Positions 23,800 through 36,655 of a stretch of DNA of 64,000 nucleotides are shown here, one piece after another. This stretch comes from Podarcis erhardii (Eukaryota). The notes beneath the pieces are model-generated. The model did not search any database. It was not told the DNA's origin and was given only the letters and a program-made list of their open reading frames with translations. The stretch is taken from the NCBI GenBank assembly GCA_964252035.1, contig OZ176216.1; one strand, written 5' to 3'. A program made the position numbers and the translations under genes. Within the stretch, counting starts at the first letter, position 1, and each line of letters starts with the position of its first letter.

Positions 23800-24150
23800 C
23801 AGGCCCGTTTTATGTTCTACAAAAGAGGAAAAGGAGAGGTAACACGAGAGCCAGCTTCAAATAAGGAAGGGCTGTCACATGGAAGATGGAGCAAGCTTGT
23901 ATTCTGCTGCTCCAGAGGCGAGGACGAGTGACAAGGAAGGAGATTCTGACCGAACATCAGGAAGAACTTTCTGAAGTTAAGAGCCATTCAGCAGTGGCTG
24001 AAGGTTGTGGGCTCCCCTTCCCCAGAGGCCTTTAAATGGAGGTTGGGTGGCCACCTGCCAGCGATTCTTCAGCTGTGATTCCTGCTTTGCAGGGGGTTGG
24101 GCTAGAGGACCTTTGGGGATCCCTTTCAACTCTACAATTCTATGAACCCC
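23800..24150 (+). mobile_element. CR1 3' end, short-UTR subfamily with ATTCTATG tail
   Basis: AGGAGATTCTGACCGAACATCAGGAAGAACTTTCT...GGGATCCCTTTCAACTCTACAATTCTATG. Confidence 0.85.
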
Positions 24151-24448
24151 AGAGAGCTGCTGCTGGTGGGGCAAGGGAAGCTGCAGGAGGTCTGGCAGGC
24201 CCCCCCCCATCGCCCGCACTGGGTGCTTCTTTTCACTTCCCCGCCAACCTTCTTTATCGCCCGGTCTTTAGAGGAAGAGAGATAGATCTGGCCGGCTTCC
24301 TCCTCACGCAGGGCTCTGCAGTCGGGGCGGGGAGGGGGGAGAGGAGGAGGCTGCTCGCAGGAGCGTGATGCAAGCCATTTGGAGGAGCTGCAGAGAGCTG
24401 CCAAGGCAAGCTGCGCTCTTTAAACAAGGGAGGAAGTGACTGTATCTA

Positions 24449-24579
24449 NNNNNNNNNNNNNNNNNNNNNNNNNNNNNNNNNNNNNNNNNNNNNNNNNNNN
24501 NNNNNNNNNNNNNNNNNNNNNNNNNNNNNNNNNNNNNNNNNNNNNNNNNNNNNNNNNNNNNNNNNNNNNNNNNNNNNNN
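24449..24579. other. Assembly gap (131 N)
   Basis: Run of N in the sequence. Confidence 1.
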
Positions 24580-24767
24580 TTTCATGACACAGAGCGGGAT
24601 GTCAGCGGCTAAAAGGTCGATATTTTCCCTTAACACCCTTTTCTCAATGACTTAATCGTGTTCCGTTTGCACAAAAATGCTTCCCAAGAAGAAACGGCCT
24701 GGAGGGTTGCGGAGGGGGGAGACAGAGAGGAGGAGGAGGAGGAGGGGCGCCGTGCCCCGGCCCTGAC

Positions 24768-24969
24768 CTTGTCCGAGGATTTCTCCACGTAGCAGGGCTC
24801 CTGGGGGGCGACCAGCAGCGGGACGAAACCCGAGAGCAGGCGGTCCTCCTCCAGGCTGAGCAGGGCCAGGTCCTCGTCCGAGTCCTTGTAGAGCGGCACC
24901 TCCGACTGGTTCACGGCCGTCAGGATGTTGCAGAAGTCGGCCAGGGTGGCCCACACGTCCACCGAGACC
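24768..24969 (-). CDS. SMG6: SMG6 coding exon (~exon 13), 202 nt, VSVDVWATLADFCNILTAVNQSEVPLYKDSDEDLALLSLEEDRLLSGFVPLLVAPQEPCYVEKSSDK
   Basis: Acceptor ccaccctgcag|G and donor AAG|gtcagg. Length is 1+201 nt. Confidence 0.97.
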
Positions 24970-25904
24970 CTGCAGGGTGGGGAGAAGGAGGGGGGAGCTG
25001 AGCAAGGCAGGAGAGACCCCTATCCCCAGGACACCGCAGACACTCTTGCTCAGGAGATGCAACTTCCCTGCAGGGCTGGGCACTCTGTTGCAGGCAAGGC
25101 GTGGGCACCCCTTTCCCTTCCCCTAAAGGATGCCTGCCCCCCATCTCACATAGGCTGGAGAGGCCTCTTCCCCATTATCTATTGCATTTCTACCCCACTG
25201 TCTTCTCCAATGAGCTCAAGGGGATACATGCCATTCTCCTCTGTCCCAGCAAGGTGGCTCAGGCTGAGAGGCAAGAGTGGCTGGCCTCCAAGGTCACCCT
25301 GTGTGCTCCATGGCCGAGCGGAGATTTGAACCCTGGTCTCTCCCAGGCCCCAGTGCTGGACTCTAACCACGACACCGCCACTGTCTCTCAACTATTGAGC
25401 TCAAGATGGACTCTACGGAAGACAGCAGAGAGGAAAGGGGGAGGCCCAGGGACACAAGGGGCACACACACACGCACACCTTTAAGGCTAAAGGGGCCAAA
25501 ACTAACAGGCTTTGTCCGGTTGGGGAAGGATCTCACAGAGAGCAAAGGGAAAGCACACCGCAAGGAAGGATAAGTTGCTCCGAGTTTGGTGGAGAGTGCC
25601 AGGCTCTTGGGCACCCACTGGGTGCCCACTCTCCTCACTTGCTATTGGAGCCATGCTGGCTCCTGGGGGAAGCATGACAACAGCTGTGGGCCAGTTGAGG
25701 GCCACACTGGGCTGGCCGTGGCCCCTGAGTACCTGCTCAGCATGTAGAAGGCTCCAGCTTCAAACCCCAACTGCATCATCCCTGGGGAGGGCTGGGAAAG
25801 ACACCTCCAGGGGATGCTGCCAGTCCGTGTAGGCAAAACTGACCTGGATGGTAGCTTCCTATATCCAGCTTCAACTCCTGGAAGCATCCCCATTAAACTG
25901 TGGG

Positions 25905-26150
25905 TAGCAGTTGCCAGCAAGCAGCATTCGGAAGCACCAGTTTCCGACCGTGGAGGCAGAGCACAGCCACCTTGGCGAGGAGCCCTCCAAAGCCTCCTCC
26001 TCTTCCTCCATGTGTTTGTGCAATGCTCTTTTAAGCCATCCAGGTTGGCGGTCATCACTGCCTCCTGTGGCAGGGAGTTCCACAGTTCAACTCTGAAGAA
26101 GGGCTTTCTTTCGTCTGGCCTGACTCTCCCGACATTCAGCTTCAGGTATG
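25905..26150 (-). mobile_element. CR1 3' fragment
   Basis: Peptide LNVGRVRPDERKPFFRVELWNSLPQEAVMTANLDG. Confidence 0.82.
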
Positions 26151-29100
26151 TCGTGAGAGAGAGAGACACGAAAGGCGGGGTGGGGGTGTTTGCTGGCATC
26201 CTGACACCAGTTTCGCTTCTGGCCGCAGCTTCACCCTCAAAGGCACCCTGGGGAGGAGGGTGAGGGGTGTGTGCAGCATGTGGGTGGCTCTCACACCCCG
26301 CAGAGCCGAGGGTGAGAACAGAGAGTGCCATTTGGGAGCCCTTTCAAGTGGTGCAAAGAGGTGCCTGGAAGAGCATGTCACCACGGCTGGGGAAACCTCA
26401 GAAGCCAGGCTGGGCAGGGGAAGAGGAAGCAGAAAAAATGATGCAAAGCAATCAAAAAGGGTGGAAATGGGCCAAGCAAGTTGTGCTCCCTTTGCAGCAC
26501 TTTTCGCAGAATTGTGGTGTTGGAAGGGACCCCCGAGGATCATCCAGCACAACCCGCTGCAACACAGGAATCACCGCTGACGCAAGCTCTGTTTAAAAGC
26601 CCCTAGGGAATCATAGGGTCGTGAAGGACCCCAAGGGTCCTCTAGTCCAGCCCCCTGCAATGCAGGAATTGCAGCTAAAGAAACCCAGGCGACAGACAGC
26701 CATTTTTCATTCCAATTCTCAAAGCAATCTCGCCTGGTTGCACAACGCTGGCGATGTCACCTGCAGCTGCCATCTTGGGCTCCAGAGGGACCTGGCACAG
26801 GAGCTCACTTTGAGGCCTTGCTCCCCAGCGAGCCTGCATTAAGGATTGCAGCCCCAAGAGGGAGTTGTGGACGATACTGACCCCCTGCCCAACGACAAAA
26901 CGTTAACTGGGTGCCTTGCAAAGAACTGTATTCTTGAAGTGATGAAAAACAGGAGGCGTCTCAGTGGTGCAGGACGTGGCAGTCCTTCCTGAGGTGTAGC
27001 TGTGGTTGGGGGTGGGCGAGCAGGGAGAGGAAAGGGGCACAGCTGGGCATGGCCTTGGGGTCACTGCCTCTCTCAGCTCAACCCACCTTGCAGGGTTGTT
27101 GCCAGGATTAAAATGAGGAGGGGGAGAACCAGGGACGCTCCTCGGAGAAAAAGGTGGACCAGAAATGCCAAAAACGAATGAGTAAATAAATATTGTTGGA
27201 AGCAGCCGGCCAAGGACAATGAGGGTCAGTTTGCAGAAGCAGGGGGTCATGTTCTCATGCTCACTCCTTAAACCTCTTTTTAAAAAGTGTTCGCTTTCAA
27301 GAGGGATGTTTCTCGCCGTGGGACCAGAGAAAAGGGTCACTCCAGTGGTGGCAGGGAAAGGGAACCCCCTCCTTGCCCCCTCTCTCTGTGCCCGCTCACC
27401 CTGGGACCAGGGAAGGTCTTCCATCCTCGGGGCCTACGACAAGCCCCCCACCCCAACACCTCTCTCCCCCCCCCCAGCAAGTGGCTCCAGGTGGACAATC
27501 TGCACTCATTTATTTGCTGGAATCAACATGCGGGGAGGGGGGAGGAGAGAGAAAAGCCTTGCATTGAAACGAAACATCTTGTTTTCAAGAGTGTCCTGGG
27601 AGCTGGGCGGAATGAGCTGCCATTAATCAAAGCCCAGCACACCATCAGCGCCTGCCTGCGCCCCCAGAGCCTTGGTCGGAGGGAGGGAGGCAGGGAGGAG
27701 GGGGCCCCCAGATCGTGGCTCCCCCTCCCCACTTTGCCCCGGCCAGGTCTGGCTGTCAGAAACATTTAAAAGGTGGAAAAGGCACACAGAGAGAAACAGG
27801 AGTAAATATGTGGGGCTTTTGGGGGGGGCGCGCGGGCGGACGATGTCCAAGGGTCCCCCATGATGTAATGGGAAAAGGCTTGGCTTGCGCTACCAGCTTG
27901 AAAATAAACAGAGCCTGGAGGGTTAAAAGGAACTGAACTTTCCACGAACTGCCCCCCCCCAGATCCGCACCAGAGGAAACGTATATGAGCAACGGTGCTG
28001 CCCCCCCGCCCTGCGCTGCCCCACGGCCCTGAGCTTATCCTCGGGGCCTTGGCTGCAGAGACAAGGGCCGGATGCAAGAGGACAGCTCTGGGCCACCTCC
28101 GACGTGTGATGCTGCTGCCCATGGGGCACGGGGAGGAAGGATTTGGCAAGGCTTTAGGCGGCCTGATGCTCCCACCCCCGCTGGCAGCCCCCACCAGCAG
28201 TGTGAGTCCCCCACCATCACCCGCCTGGGGCAGGAGGCTGGGAGGCAGCAGCAGAGGGAGGCAGAGACCCCAGGCTATGAGCCACAATGGCTCTGCTTCC
28301 GAGGCTCTTGGGCTCAGATCCTGCTTTCAGATTCCCCCCTGAGACTACTGGAGGCTGGGCCAGGTGAACCACTGGCCTGATCCGGCAGGGCTCCTCCTAT
28401 GCTGTCATTGCCTATATGGACTGGCAGAAGTGGCTTTCCAGGGGTCTCTGGCAGGGGCACCCCCAGCCCTTCCCGAAGCAGACTCCTTCTCCGTGCAATT
28501 CAGGCACTTTGTTCCTGAGCTGCACCTCCTTCCCTCAAAAGCAAGGTCCCAGGCCTGACGGTCCTGAATTCAGGGTGGATTTAACAAGAACAGCTGCTTG
28601 ACCCCTGGCTGGACTGGACTGCCCCACCGAGCGCAGTACTTTGGCTGGCAGCAATGGCTCTCCAGGGGTTCAGAGAGGGGGGGACACTCCACTAGCCCTT
28701 CCCGGAGCTGCCCCGGGGGCTGAGCCTTGGGCCTTCTGCACACAAAGCGGGAGCTCTGTCCCCATGGCACCTGCTCACTACCTGACCTTGAGAAGGGTGT
28801 GAGAGCAAGGAAGGGCCCCCAAGAGCAATGCTCTAGGCCACAGGGCAGTTCTCCTTGGGGGAGGATGGGTGCACTGCCTTGGTGCTGGGCAACCCCGAAC
28901 AAGGCAGGGAGAATAGCCGCCTTCTCCCCAAAGCACGCCCTCCTGGACAGAGCAGCAAAGACCCCGTTTGCTGGGATTGCCAGGCTGCAGGAGGAAGGGC
29001 CCAGGTGGGGCGAGGACTGCCCACCTTCCTCTGCCGCCCTTCTCCCAGCAAAGCCAAGCAATGTCTTTTCCTTCCTTCGTCTTGCATTCCTGGGCTCCAA

Positions 29101-32100
29101 GGGCAGGGAGACTGCCCAACCAGAGCAGGTCAGGGTGACTGGGAGGATGAAATAGGGGCACAGCCTGGAGACGAAGGAAGTGGGGCATGGATGGTCGGGG
29201 CGGGGGTAGGGGGAAGGACTCTCTTCCAAAACTAACCTGGGTTGGGGGTGAGGCCTGGGCTCCGGAGGCTTGCAGGAAGGGATCCCCGAGTGCCGTAGGG
29301 CTGCCTGGGGCCTCCTCGCACGCACCCCCCTTCCCACGCGCTGAACGCCAAACACAATGACCCCATGTTCCAGGCCTGCGGGGGCCCCATGGAGGTGGCC
29401 GTTTCCTGTGTAATACCAGCCTGTTTAAACACTCGCACTCACCAGCCCCACAGCTGCAGCTCAAACCCGGAAGGAGTGCGGTGGAAGGAGCCCAGCGCTG
29501 CGCTCCAGATGGCAAACCGCTCGGGCCTTTTGCTCTTGCTTTTGGGGGGGGGGAGGGAAGGCAGCTCAGCCCAGCCGCCTCTCCCAGCAGCTTCTTGCCA
29601 AGCTCCCATCCTGCTAAAAGCAGCCCCTACAGACAGGTTCTCCCCTCCCAAAAGATGGCAAAGGTGAAAGAGCAGGAGGTGACAACTGGGGGTCCTCCCT
29701 CCCCACAGCTCTCCTTGGGGCTTGTTCCTTGGGCCACAGGCAAGTCCAAGGCGGAAGGAAGAGAGAGCTCCATGTCACTGGGCTCCTGGTGGGAAAAAAG
29801 ACTTCTGCGTGGGGCAGGGCTGTATGTGGGGTGTGTGCTTCTTATCCCTTCTTATCCCTTCCTTATATTATCCCTTCCACCTCTCCATCTCCCTGGCACA
29901 TCTCCTCCTCAAATCACACCCAAATAGTACCTGCATTGTTCTAACCTTTGATAATAAACAAAAATATCAACAAATACTACGGACCGGCAGCAAAAGATCC
30001 CTTTTAGCAAGCAGTCTTTTTCAAGCAGTTGTTTCATCGGATGGCTCACTCCCAAAGTAAGTCATCGCTTGATGCATTCCAGCATTGAGGTGCGCTGGAC
30101 TAGATGAGCTGGGGGTCTCTTCCAACCCTACAATTCTCTGGTAAGAACGCAAGAGGGGCCTGCTGGATCTGGCCAAAGGGGTCCTTCGAGTCCCGCCTGC
30201 TCTCACAGTGGCCAAGCAAATGCCCCAACGCTCAAGCAGCATTTGAATGCAGGAGCGCCACCTCTCCCCCCGAGGGCCACTCTCCCTCTTCCCCCAGGGA
30301 GTTTTGGCAAGGGCAGGAAGCATCCCTGAACGCTGACTATCCCTCTGGGTTACCTGGGTGAGGAGGGTGCATACCTGTCAAGTATCGTTTCGCTGTGATT
30401 CCTGCACTGCAGGGGGTTGGATTGGATGACCCTCGGGCGCCCCTTCCGACTCTAACATTCTATGCGCATCTGAACAACCCCCTGGCTGAAATGTCACTGT
30501 ACAAAAAAGCCACATCCATTGCTCTGGCCACGCCTGCCACAAAACCCCACCGCATGGGGACCGTATGTGGGATGTGACATGGCCCTCCGGTCTTCCCTCT
30601 ACCCCTCACCCCAAGAAAAAGCCACTGCCGCCCTTGGGCACAAAGGAGGCGTCCTTTCCTCTTTTTTCCTAAAGGGGTAAAAACAGTTCCCGGCTCTGGG
30701 CTAAGCGAAACACTGGCTGCCGGACACCGGCTTCCTTCCTAGGCCCTAGGAAATGCCTGCTTCCCCCCAGCGCGTTCTCCCCCCACCTGGCCTGAGCGCC
30801 AATGCCACATCCTCAGTCCCTGCTCCCCCCTCCCAGCAAGAGGGGAAGAGGAGAACGCCGTCCCGGTTTCCACTTGGAGGACTCTGGCGTGAAAGCTCCA
30901 AGCGGGTGATAAATGCATCCGAGGGCCAATTAGGAAGATATATGGCGGCAGAGGCAGCGGCAGGAGTGCAGGGGAATGGGCCTGGGCAGCCTGGCGAGGA
31001 AGAGGAGGGGGCAGGCGGAGGGGGGAGGCGCGGAGGGCTCTCCAGAGTCCCAGCTATGTTTCCCATTATGTAACCCTGGTCATGGGCAGGCCGCCAGGCG
31101 CTCCAAATGAAAAAGAGACTCTGGCTTGGCACCCGTTCTATTTTCCTATCCTCATTCAGGGTCAGCGGAGTGTCATACAGCTGCGGAGAAAGCTCCGGGG
31201 ATTAAGCCTGGGAAGGGCTCCAAAGCCCGGGACCCGGGTTCAAGTACCAGCTGAAAGCAATAAACCAACTGCCGCAGCTGGGCTGAGTTTAGCCGGCCTC
31301 GGAGCCTGCGCTGGCTCCCTGGGAAACAGGCTGCCTGCCTGCCGGGGGGCAGAAAAGAGGGGTACCGGGGTGGAAACGACAGAGGTTGCCACGGCTTGGG
31401 CCTGGGGGGCAGCGGCTGGAGGGTAGCGGGGCCCTGATCCTCCTTTAGGGCCCTGTTCCTGCGCATCGGCAAAGGGGTGTGCATGTTCAGACTCCCCCCG
31501 GCCAGCAAAGACAAGTTGCTTGCATTCAAATTGTTTGGGAGCCTGGATGTTTCGGGGTATGTGTGTGTGTGTGTGCGCGCGTGCGTAAGGTGTCATAAGT
31601 CACACCCTGGCAGATTTTGGCAGGGGGAGCGCCAATCCTGTGCTCAAGTGGAGCTTCCTTTACCAGAAAGGCCCTGAAAACGAGTCCTGGGATGTGAAGC
31701 CCAGCCCTGTCCACCCCCATGAGGCTGACGCACGGTCAGTGGTCCTGCCACTCGCCTAAGTCCATTAGCCTCACCACCTGGATAAGGCTCCTCCCACCTG
31801 CGCTCCTGAGCAAAGTGAGGAGGACAGCCTGTCAGTGTCCTGGGGGGCCTCCCTGAGAGGAGACGGGACGGGGGGCCCTCCACCACCCATTGGCCATGTG
31901 TGGAGAAGCGAGGGCCAGAAGGGAGGAGGTGGCCTCAAGCAGCAGCCCTGGGGCAAACCTGCCTCTGGGATCTGCCCCTGCCGCAGAGTCACGGGGAGGC
32001 AAGCCTCAAGTTCTACACTAGCAAAAAATTGGGATTCCCTCGTGGGGCTGGTGCCCCCCTTGCCCCAAAGAGGTCAGGCAGAGGTTATTGTATTTTAGTG

Positions 32101-32280
32101 TTTTGTTGGAAGCCGCCTAGAGTGGCTGGGGAAATCCAGCCAGATGGGCGGGGTATAAATAATAAATTACTATTATTATAACATACCGCCCCAACCAATG
32201 CTGTTCCCTGCATTGTAAAGGATTGGGCTAGATGACTGTCGGGATCCCTTTTGACTATACAATTATATGATTAGGAACAA

Positions 32281-32470
32281 AGGGAGCTGTCTTATATGGA
32301 GCCGCACCATTGGTCTACTCAGTATTGTCTACACTGACTGGCAGCAGCTCTGTAGGGCGTCAAGCAAAGAGGCAGAGGGGTGTCCTTAGCCCTACTTGTG
32401 GATTCCAGCAAGGATTGAACCAGAGACCTTCTGCTTGCAACGGAAGCTCCACCACTGAGCTATGGCCCTT
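32281..32470 (-). mobile_element. tRNA-derived squamate SINE (Squam3-like; family name tentative)
   Basis: Head GGGCCATAGCTCAGTGGTGGAGC...GGTTCAATCC, body CTGCCAGTCAGTGTAGACAATACTGAG. Related copies at ~10425-10535 (-), 25700-25865 (+), 28540-28730 (-), 35510-35670 (-), 35710-35870 (-) and 45790-45965 (+). Confidence 0.7.
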
Positions 32471-33047
32471 TTTAGTGACCAGGGATCCTACTGTGTTAAA
32501 GGGAGAGCAGTGAGGCTGGAAGAGGAAGAGGAGGAGTGGAACCCCACTGGGAAAGGAGTCGGGACTGGCAGGAGGTGGGCTCCTGTGAGTGCCCTCTCTG
32601 GGGGTCTGAGCTGCTGTCCAAAGATGGGCAACAGTTCACACAGACAGGCAAGCGCCCCCCTCCCCCCGCCAGCCTACCAACCAACCAACCAGCCAGCCAG
32701 CCAGCCGGCCCCAAGCAGCCAGCAAACAGAAAACAGACTCTTTTTCCCACTCCCCCAAAATGGGGCCCGGCACTTCCTGTGTGAGATTTCCATTTCCTCA
32801 GCCAAAATGAAGCAAAAAAAGAAAGAGAGTAGTAGCCATAAACGAGGGAAGAGGCTGGAGATGGACGGACATCCTGCCTCCTCTTGCCCCTGTGCAGCAG
32901 GAGTGCTGGGGAGCCATCTTTGAGCTGCAGCCTCTTTGCAGGATGAAGCCCCCCTCTGCTCCCGGGAGCCTCGTCTTCCCCATCATCACCCTCAGCCATG
33001 GCTCTGACAGATTAATAGTACTGGGGAGGAGGGGGAAGAGGCCGAGG

Positions 33048-33071
33048 GGATCCGGATCCGGATCCGGATCC
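33048..33071. repeat. (GGATCC)4 palindromic hexamer repeat
   Basis: Direct reading. Confidence 0.97.
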
Positions 33072-33967
33072 GGGCGCAAAGGCCTGCAGGGAAGGGCGGA
33101 AGGGGAAGAGCATGCTGGGAGAAAGGCCTCTGGGCCCACCAAGAGCCTGGGGCAAGAGCGGCTCAGAAAGATGCAAGCAAAATGTGCATGGAACTGCCCA
33201 GAGGGTCGCAGCTTAGGGAAATTGGTACCAAGGGGTGGGGCTGTGGGGAATCAAAACAGCACATGCTCCTGGGTCCTGCTTGCTTCCGGCTTCTTTCCAC
33301 TGGGGATCAGATTAGAGGCTGTGAGGACAGGATATGCTGGGCTACATGGGCCCCCTTGGGGTCTGATCCAGCTACAGGGCTCTTATGGAACCTCCAGCTC
33401 CAGAGGCAGTCTATCTAGACTCCCAGATTCCTAGGGGTGTTTGGCCACTGTGAGCACAGGATGCTGGACTAGATGGGCCCCCTTTGGCCTGATCCGGCAG
33501 CCAGGCTGTTCTGATAAAGGATTAATTCATAATTCAGTTAGTGGGCGCCCTCTGGATGATGCCAGGATCTGCCAGCCTCCATCTGCTCCAGGCACTGTGG
33601 CCGATGGAAAGGCGGTGGGAGTTGTAGCCCAGAACTTCCAGGGTGACATGCCAAAGTAAGACATGCCAATCACCACCCACTGTTAAGCTCATTGGGTAGT
33701 CTTGGGCCACCCTTTGACTCTCAGCTCAACCTGCCTTGCAGAGTTGCTGGGGGGGGGGTGGACAGAATTGGGGAGAGCATAAGCCCCACCCAGGGCTTCT
33801 TGGAGGAACGGCAGCAAGCAAAAGTCATAGGTAAAATAAACGGAGGCCGAAGAAGGTGCTTAGTGACTTACAGCCACCCGCATACATGGCAGAGGGAAAG
33901 TCCCTGCCTGGGTGAGGAGAGGAGAGAGGAGAAAGGGGCGCATGGCCCCCCAAGGGTGCTGACGTAC

Positions 33968-34133
33968 GATCTGGGCAGCTCCAGGGTGCTGGGCGGGGGG
34001 TTCCAGGTGTCCGAGTGGCCCAGCATCCAATCCGACCAGACCTTGATGCTGGGCAGCAGTTCCTTCAGGTCCTGCGGCAAGGAGGAGACTTTGATGTCAT
34101 CATCCTCAGAGCCTTCCTGGCCCTGAGCAGCTG
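33968..34133 (-). CDS. SMG6: SMG6 coding exon (~exon 12), 163 or 166 nt, [53 protein letters not shown](S)
   Basis: Tandem acceptor ctctCAGCAG (exon start at 34133 or 34130) and donor AGATC|gtacgt. Phase 1 to phase 2. [15 protein letters not shown] matches SMG6. Confidence 0.94.
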
Positions 34134-36075
34134 CTGAGAGAGAAAGAAACGCAGAGTGGGCCGGGCAGCTCCTCTCAAGACACCCCTCGCCTGCTCCTCT
34201 GCCACCACCCCCTCTCCTGGCCCTCTGAAAATCCTCTGGGAAGGAGCGAGATCTGAACCAGGGACAGAATCTTTGCTGGAAGATTCAGGGCAGGTAAAAG
34301 AGGGCTTCCTCTCACAAAACTATGGAACTCCCTCCTGGACACCAACCTAGATGGATCGGCTTAAAGAGAGAACTAGACAAATTCAGGACAAGGCTATCGG
34401 TGGCTACTAGGCAGGATGGCTCTGCTTCCGCAGTCCAAGGAAGTACATGCCTCTGAATATCAGTTGCTAGGAAGGTTTGACCGTGGAACGGACTCCCTTG
34501 AGAGGTCGAGGTCTCTCCTTCCTTGGAGGTTTTTAAGCAGAGGTTGGCTGGCCATCTGTCTTTGGGTGCTTTAGTTGAGATTCCTGCATTGCAGGGGGTT
34601 GGACTAGATGACCCCTGGGGTGCCTTCCAACTCCACACAATTATGTGAATCACGTAGGAGAATTGCGGCTGCTGGTGGCCACTGCAAGGACAGAATCCTT
34701 GGGGCTGATCCAGCACCAGGCTCTCTTCTGGTGGTCTCTGCCCTTCAGAGCTTCAGCGTGGCCTTGCTCCTTCCTCTCTCAACTTGCAGAAACCATCCCA
34801 AGGACAGTCTAAGGACGCTCTGGGTTTCCTTGATGCAGCTGTGACTGCAGCTGAAAGGGGAGGGGGAACGGCAGAAGGGCCCCACAAAGGACAGGGACAA
34901 AGGAACTGGGCTATCCAACAGGTGGGCAGAGGAGGAGTGGGCAGAGGGCACCTGCTTTGTCGGAGATGGTCCCAGGTTCAGTCCCCAACTGCCCCTCCAG
35001 GCAGGGCTGGGAGAGATCCCTGCCCCAAAGCCCTGGAGAGCTGCTGCCCATTAGAGAAGACAATATGGAGTCGGCTGGAGAAAGCCCCCTGGCGTAAGGG
35101 AGCTTCCCACGAGCATAGCCAGAAAACAGTTCCTAAATAGAGGCTGAGCGTCAACTCCAAATCCGGGCGCAAAGAGCTGCAAAATTCCACAGACAGCGTA
35201 AAATCAGGCACACGTGCTGCGTCTTTTCTTAGTTTCACCCAGTGGATTCTGCCTCAGCTGGTCGCAGGGAGAGGCAGAGCGCCCCGCCAATGAACAGCAA
35301 TTCTCCTCCTCTCCACCATCTGCCTTCTGCCAATCCATTAGGCTTCCTCACAGCCATATGGGCTGGGAACTTTTATATTTTAATAAATGAAAATTTAAGG
35401 CTTCCCGATGCCAAAACAGGGGGAAGAGGGTCCCTGCTAGTTGGTCCCCACCCTGAACACCAGGAGGAGGAGGAAGAGGAGGATTGGGCAGGTCCCAATC
35501 TAGGAAGACTGCAAGCTGCCTTTGGTCCCTCTGATGCAGCACTGTCTACTCTGACTGGCAGCGATGGCTCTCCAGGGCTTCAGAGAGGGAGTCTCTCCCC
35601 ACCCTCTGGGGACTGAGGCTGAGACTGTCTCCATGCAAAGCAGGGTCTCCACCACAGAGCTATGGTCCTTTTCTCTGAAAAGAAGAAGATTCAAGCCTCA
35701 TGTTTCTAAATACAGGGACGGCTTAAATGGGAGCAGAGGAAGGTGCCTTCTACTGAGTCACACTCTTGAGCCACCTGGCCTAGTACTTCCTGCACTGACT
35801 GGCAGGGGCTCTCCTGGGTTCTGGCAGGGAATCTTTCCCAGCTCGATGCTCTCCCAGGAGTGAACCTGGGGTCTTCTGCCCTCCCCCTGAGCTCTCCTGA
35901 CCCTCCAAGGCCCTGTTCCATTAGCAAGAGTCCTTGCACTGGCTTCTGCTAGTGCCCTGGGTTCCCTGAATCTAGCCTGATTTCCCGAGGGTCTCCTCAG
36001 AGGTGTGTTGAGGGAGGGAAACAAGGAAAAAGCAGCCCTCCGTGGCAAGGGAAATATATGCTTGCTTCTGCTCAC

Positions 36076-36192
36076 CTGGGGAGACGTCCCGCAGCAGAGC
36101 AGTGCAGCGCTTGACCAGCATGGCGAACATGGAGAGCCCCAGGGCCGTGGCCTGCTCCTGGATCACCGAGCGACAGTCTTCAGAGAGGCACT
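36076..36192 (-). CDS. SMG6: SMG6 coding exon (~exon 11), 117 nt, (E)[38 protein letters not shown]
   Basis: Acceptor cttccctgcag|AG and donor CCAG|gtgagc. Length is 2+114+1 nt. Confidence 0.96.
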
Positions 36193-36289
36193 CTGCAGGG
36201 AAGAGGGGAAACGAAAGGAAACACTGTCAGCGCCCTCCCGTGAAACCTCGGACAAAACCCCACCAAAGTAGCAGCGACAGAAGTGCTTG

Positions 36290-36655
36290 TCCAGGGGGCA
36301 GTCTGGAAACCAAGCCTTATGAGGAACGGTTGAGGGAGCAGGGGATGTTGAGCATGGAGAAGAGGAGCTCGAGAGGAGAGATGAGTCACCTTCAAATATA
36401 TCAAGGACTGTCACATGCAGGAGGGAGCAAGGGGAGGGGACCCAAACCAATGGATCCAAATGACAAGGAAGGACATTCTGTGTTCAACAGTGGAACAGAC
36501 CACCTCAGAAGGCGGCAAACTCTCTTTCCTTGGAGGTTTTTAAGCAGAGGTTGGATGGCCATCTGTCAGGGATGCTTTAGTTGAGATTCTTGTGTTGCCA
36601 GGGGTTGGGTGAGATGACCCCTGCGTTCCCTTCCAACTCTACCATTCCGTGTTTC
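36290..36655 (+). mobile_element. CR1 3' end, short-UTR subfamily
   Basis: Peptide LETKPYEERLREQGMLSMEKRSSRGEM, then the CCCTTCCAACTCTACC tail. A composite related copy lies at ~34265-34650. Confidence 0.82.
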
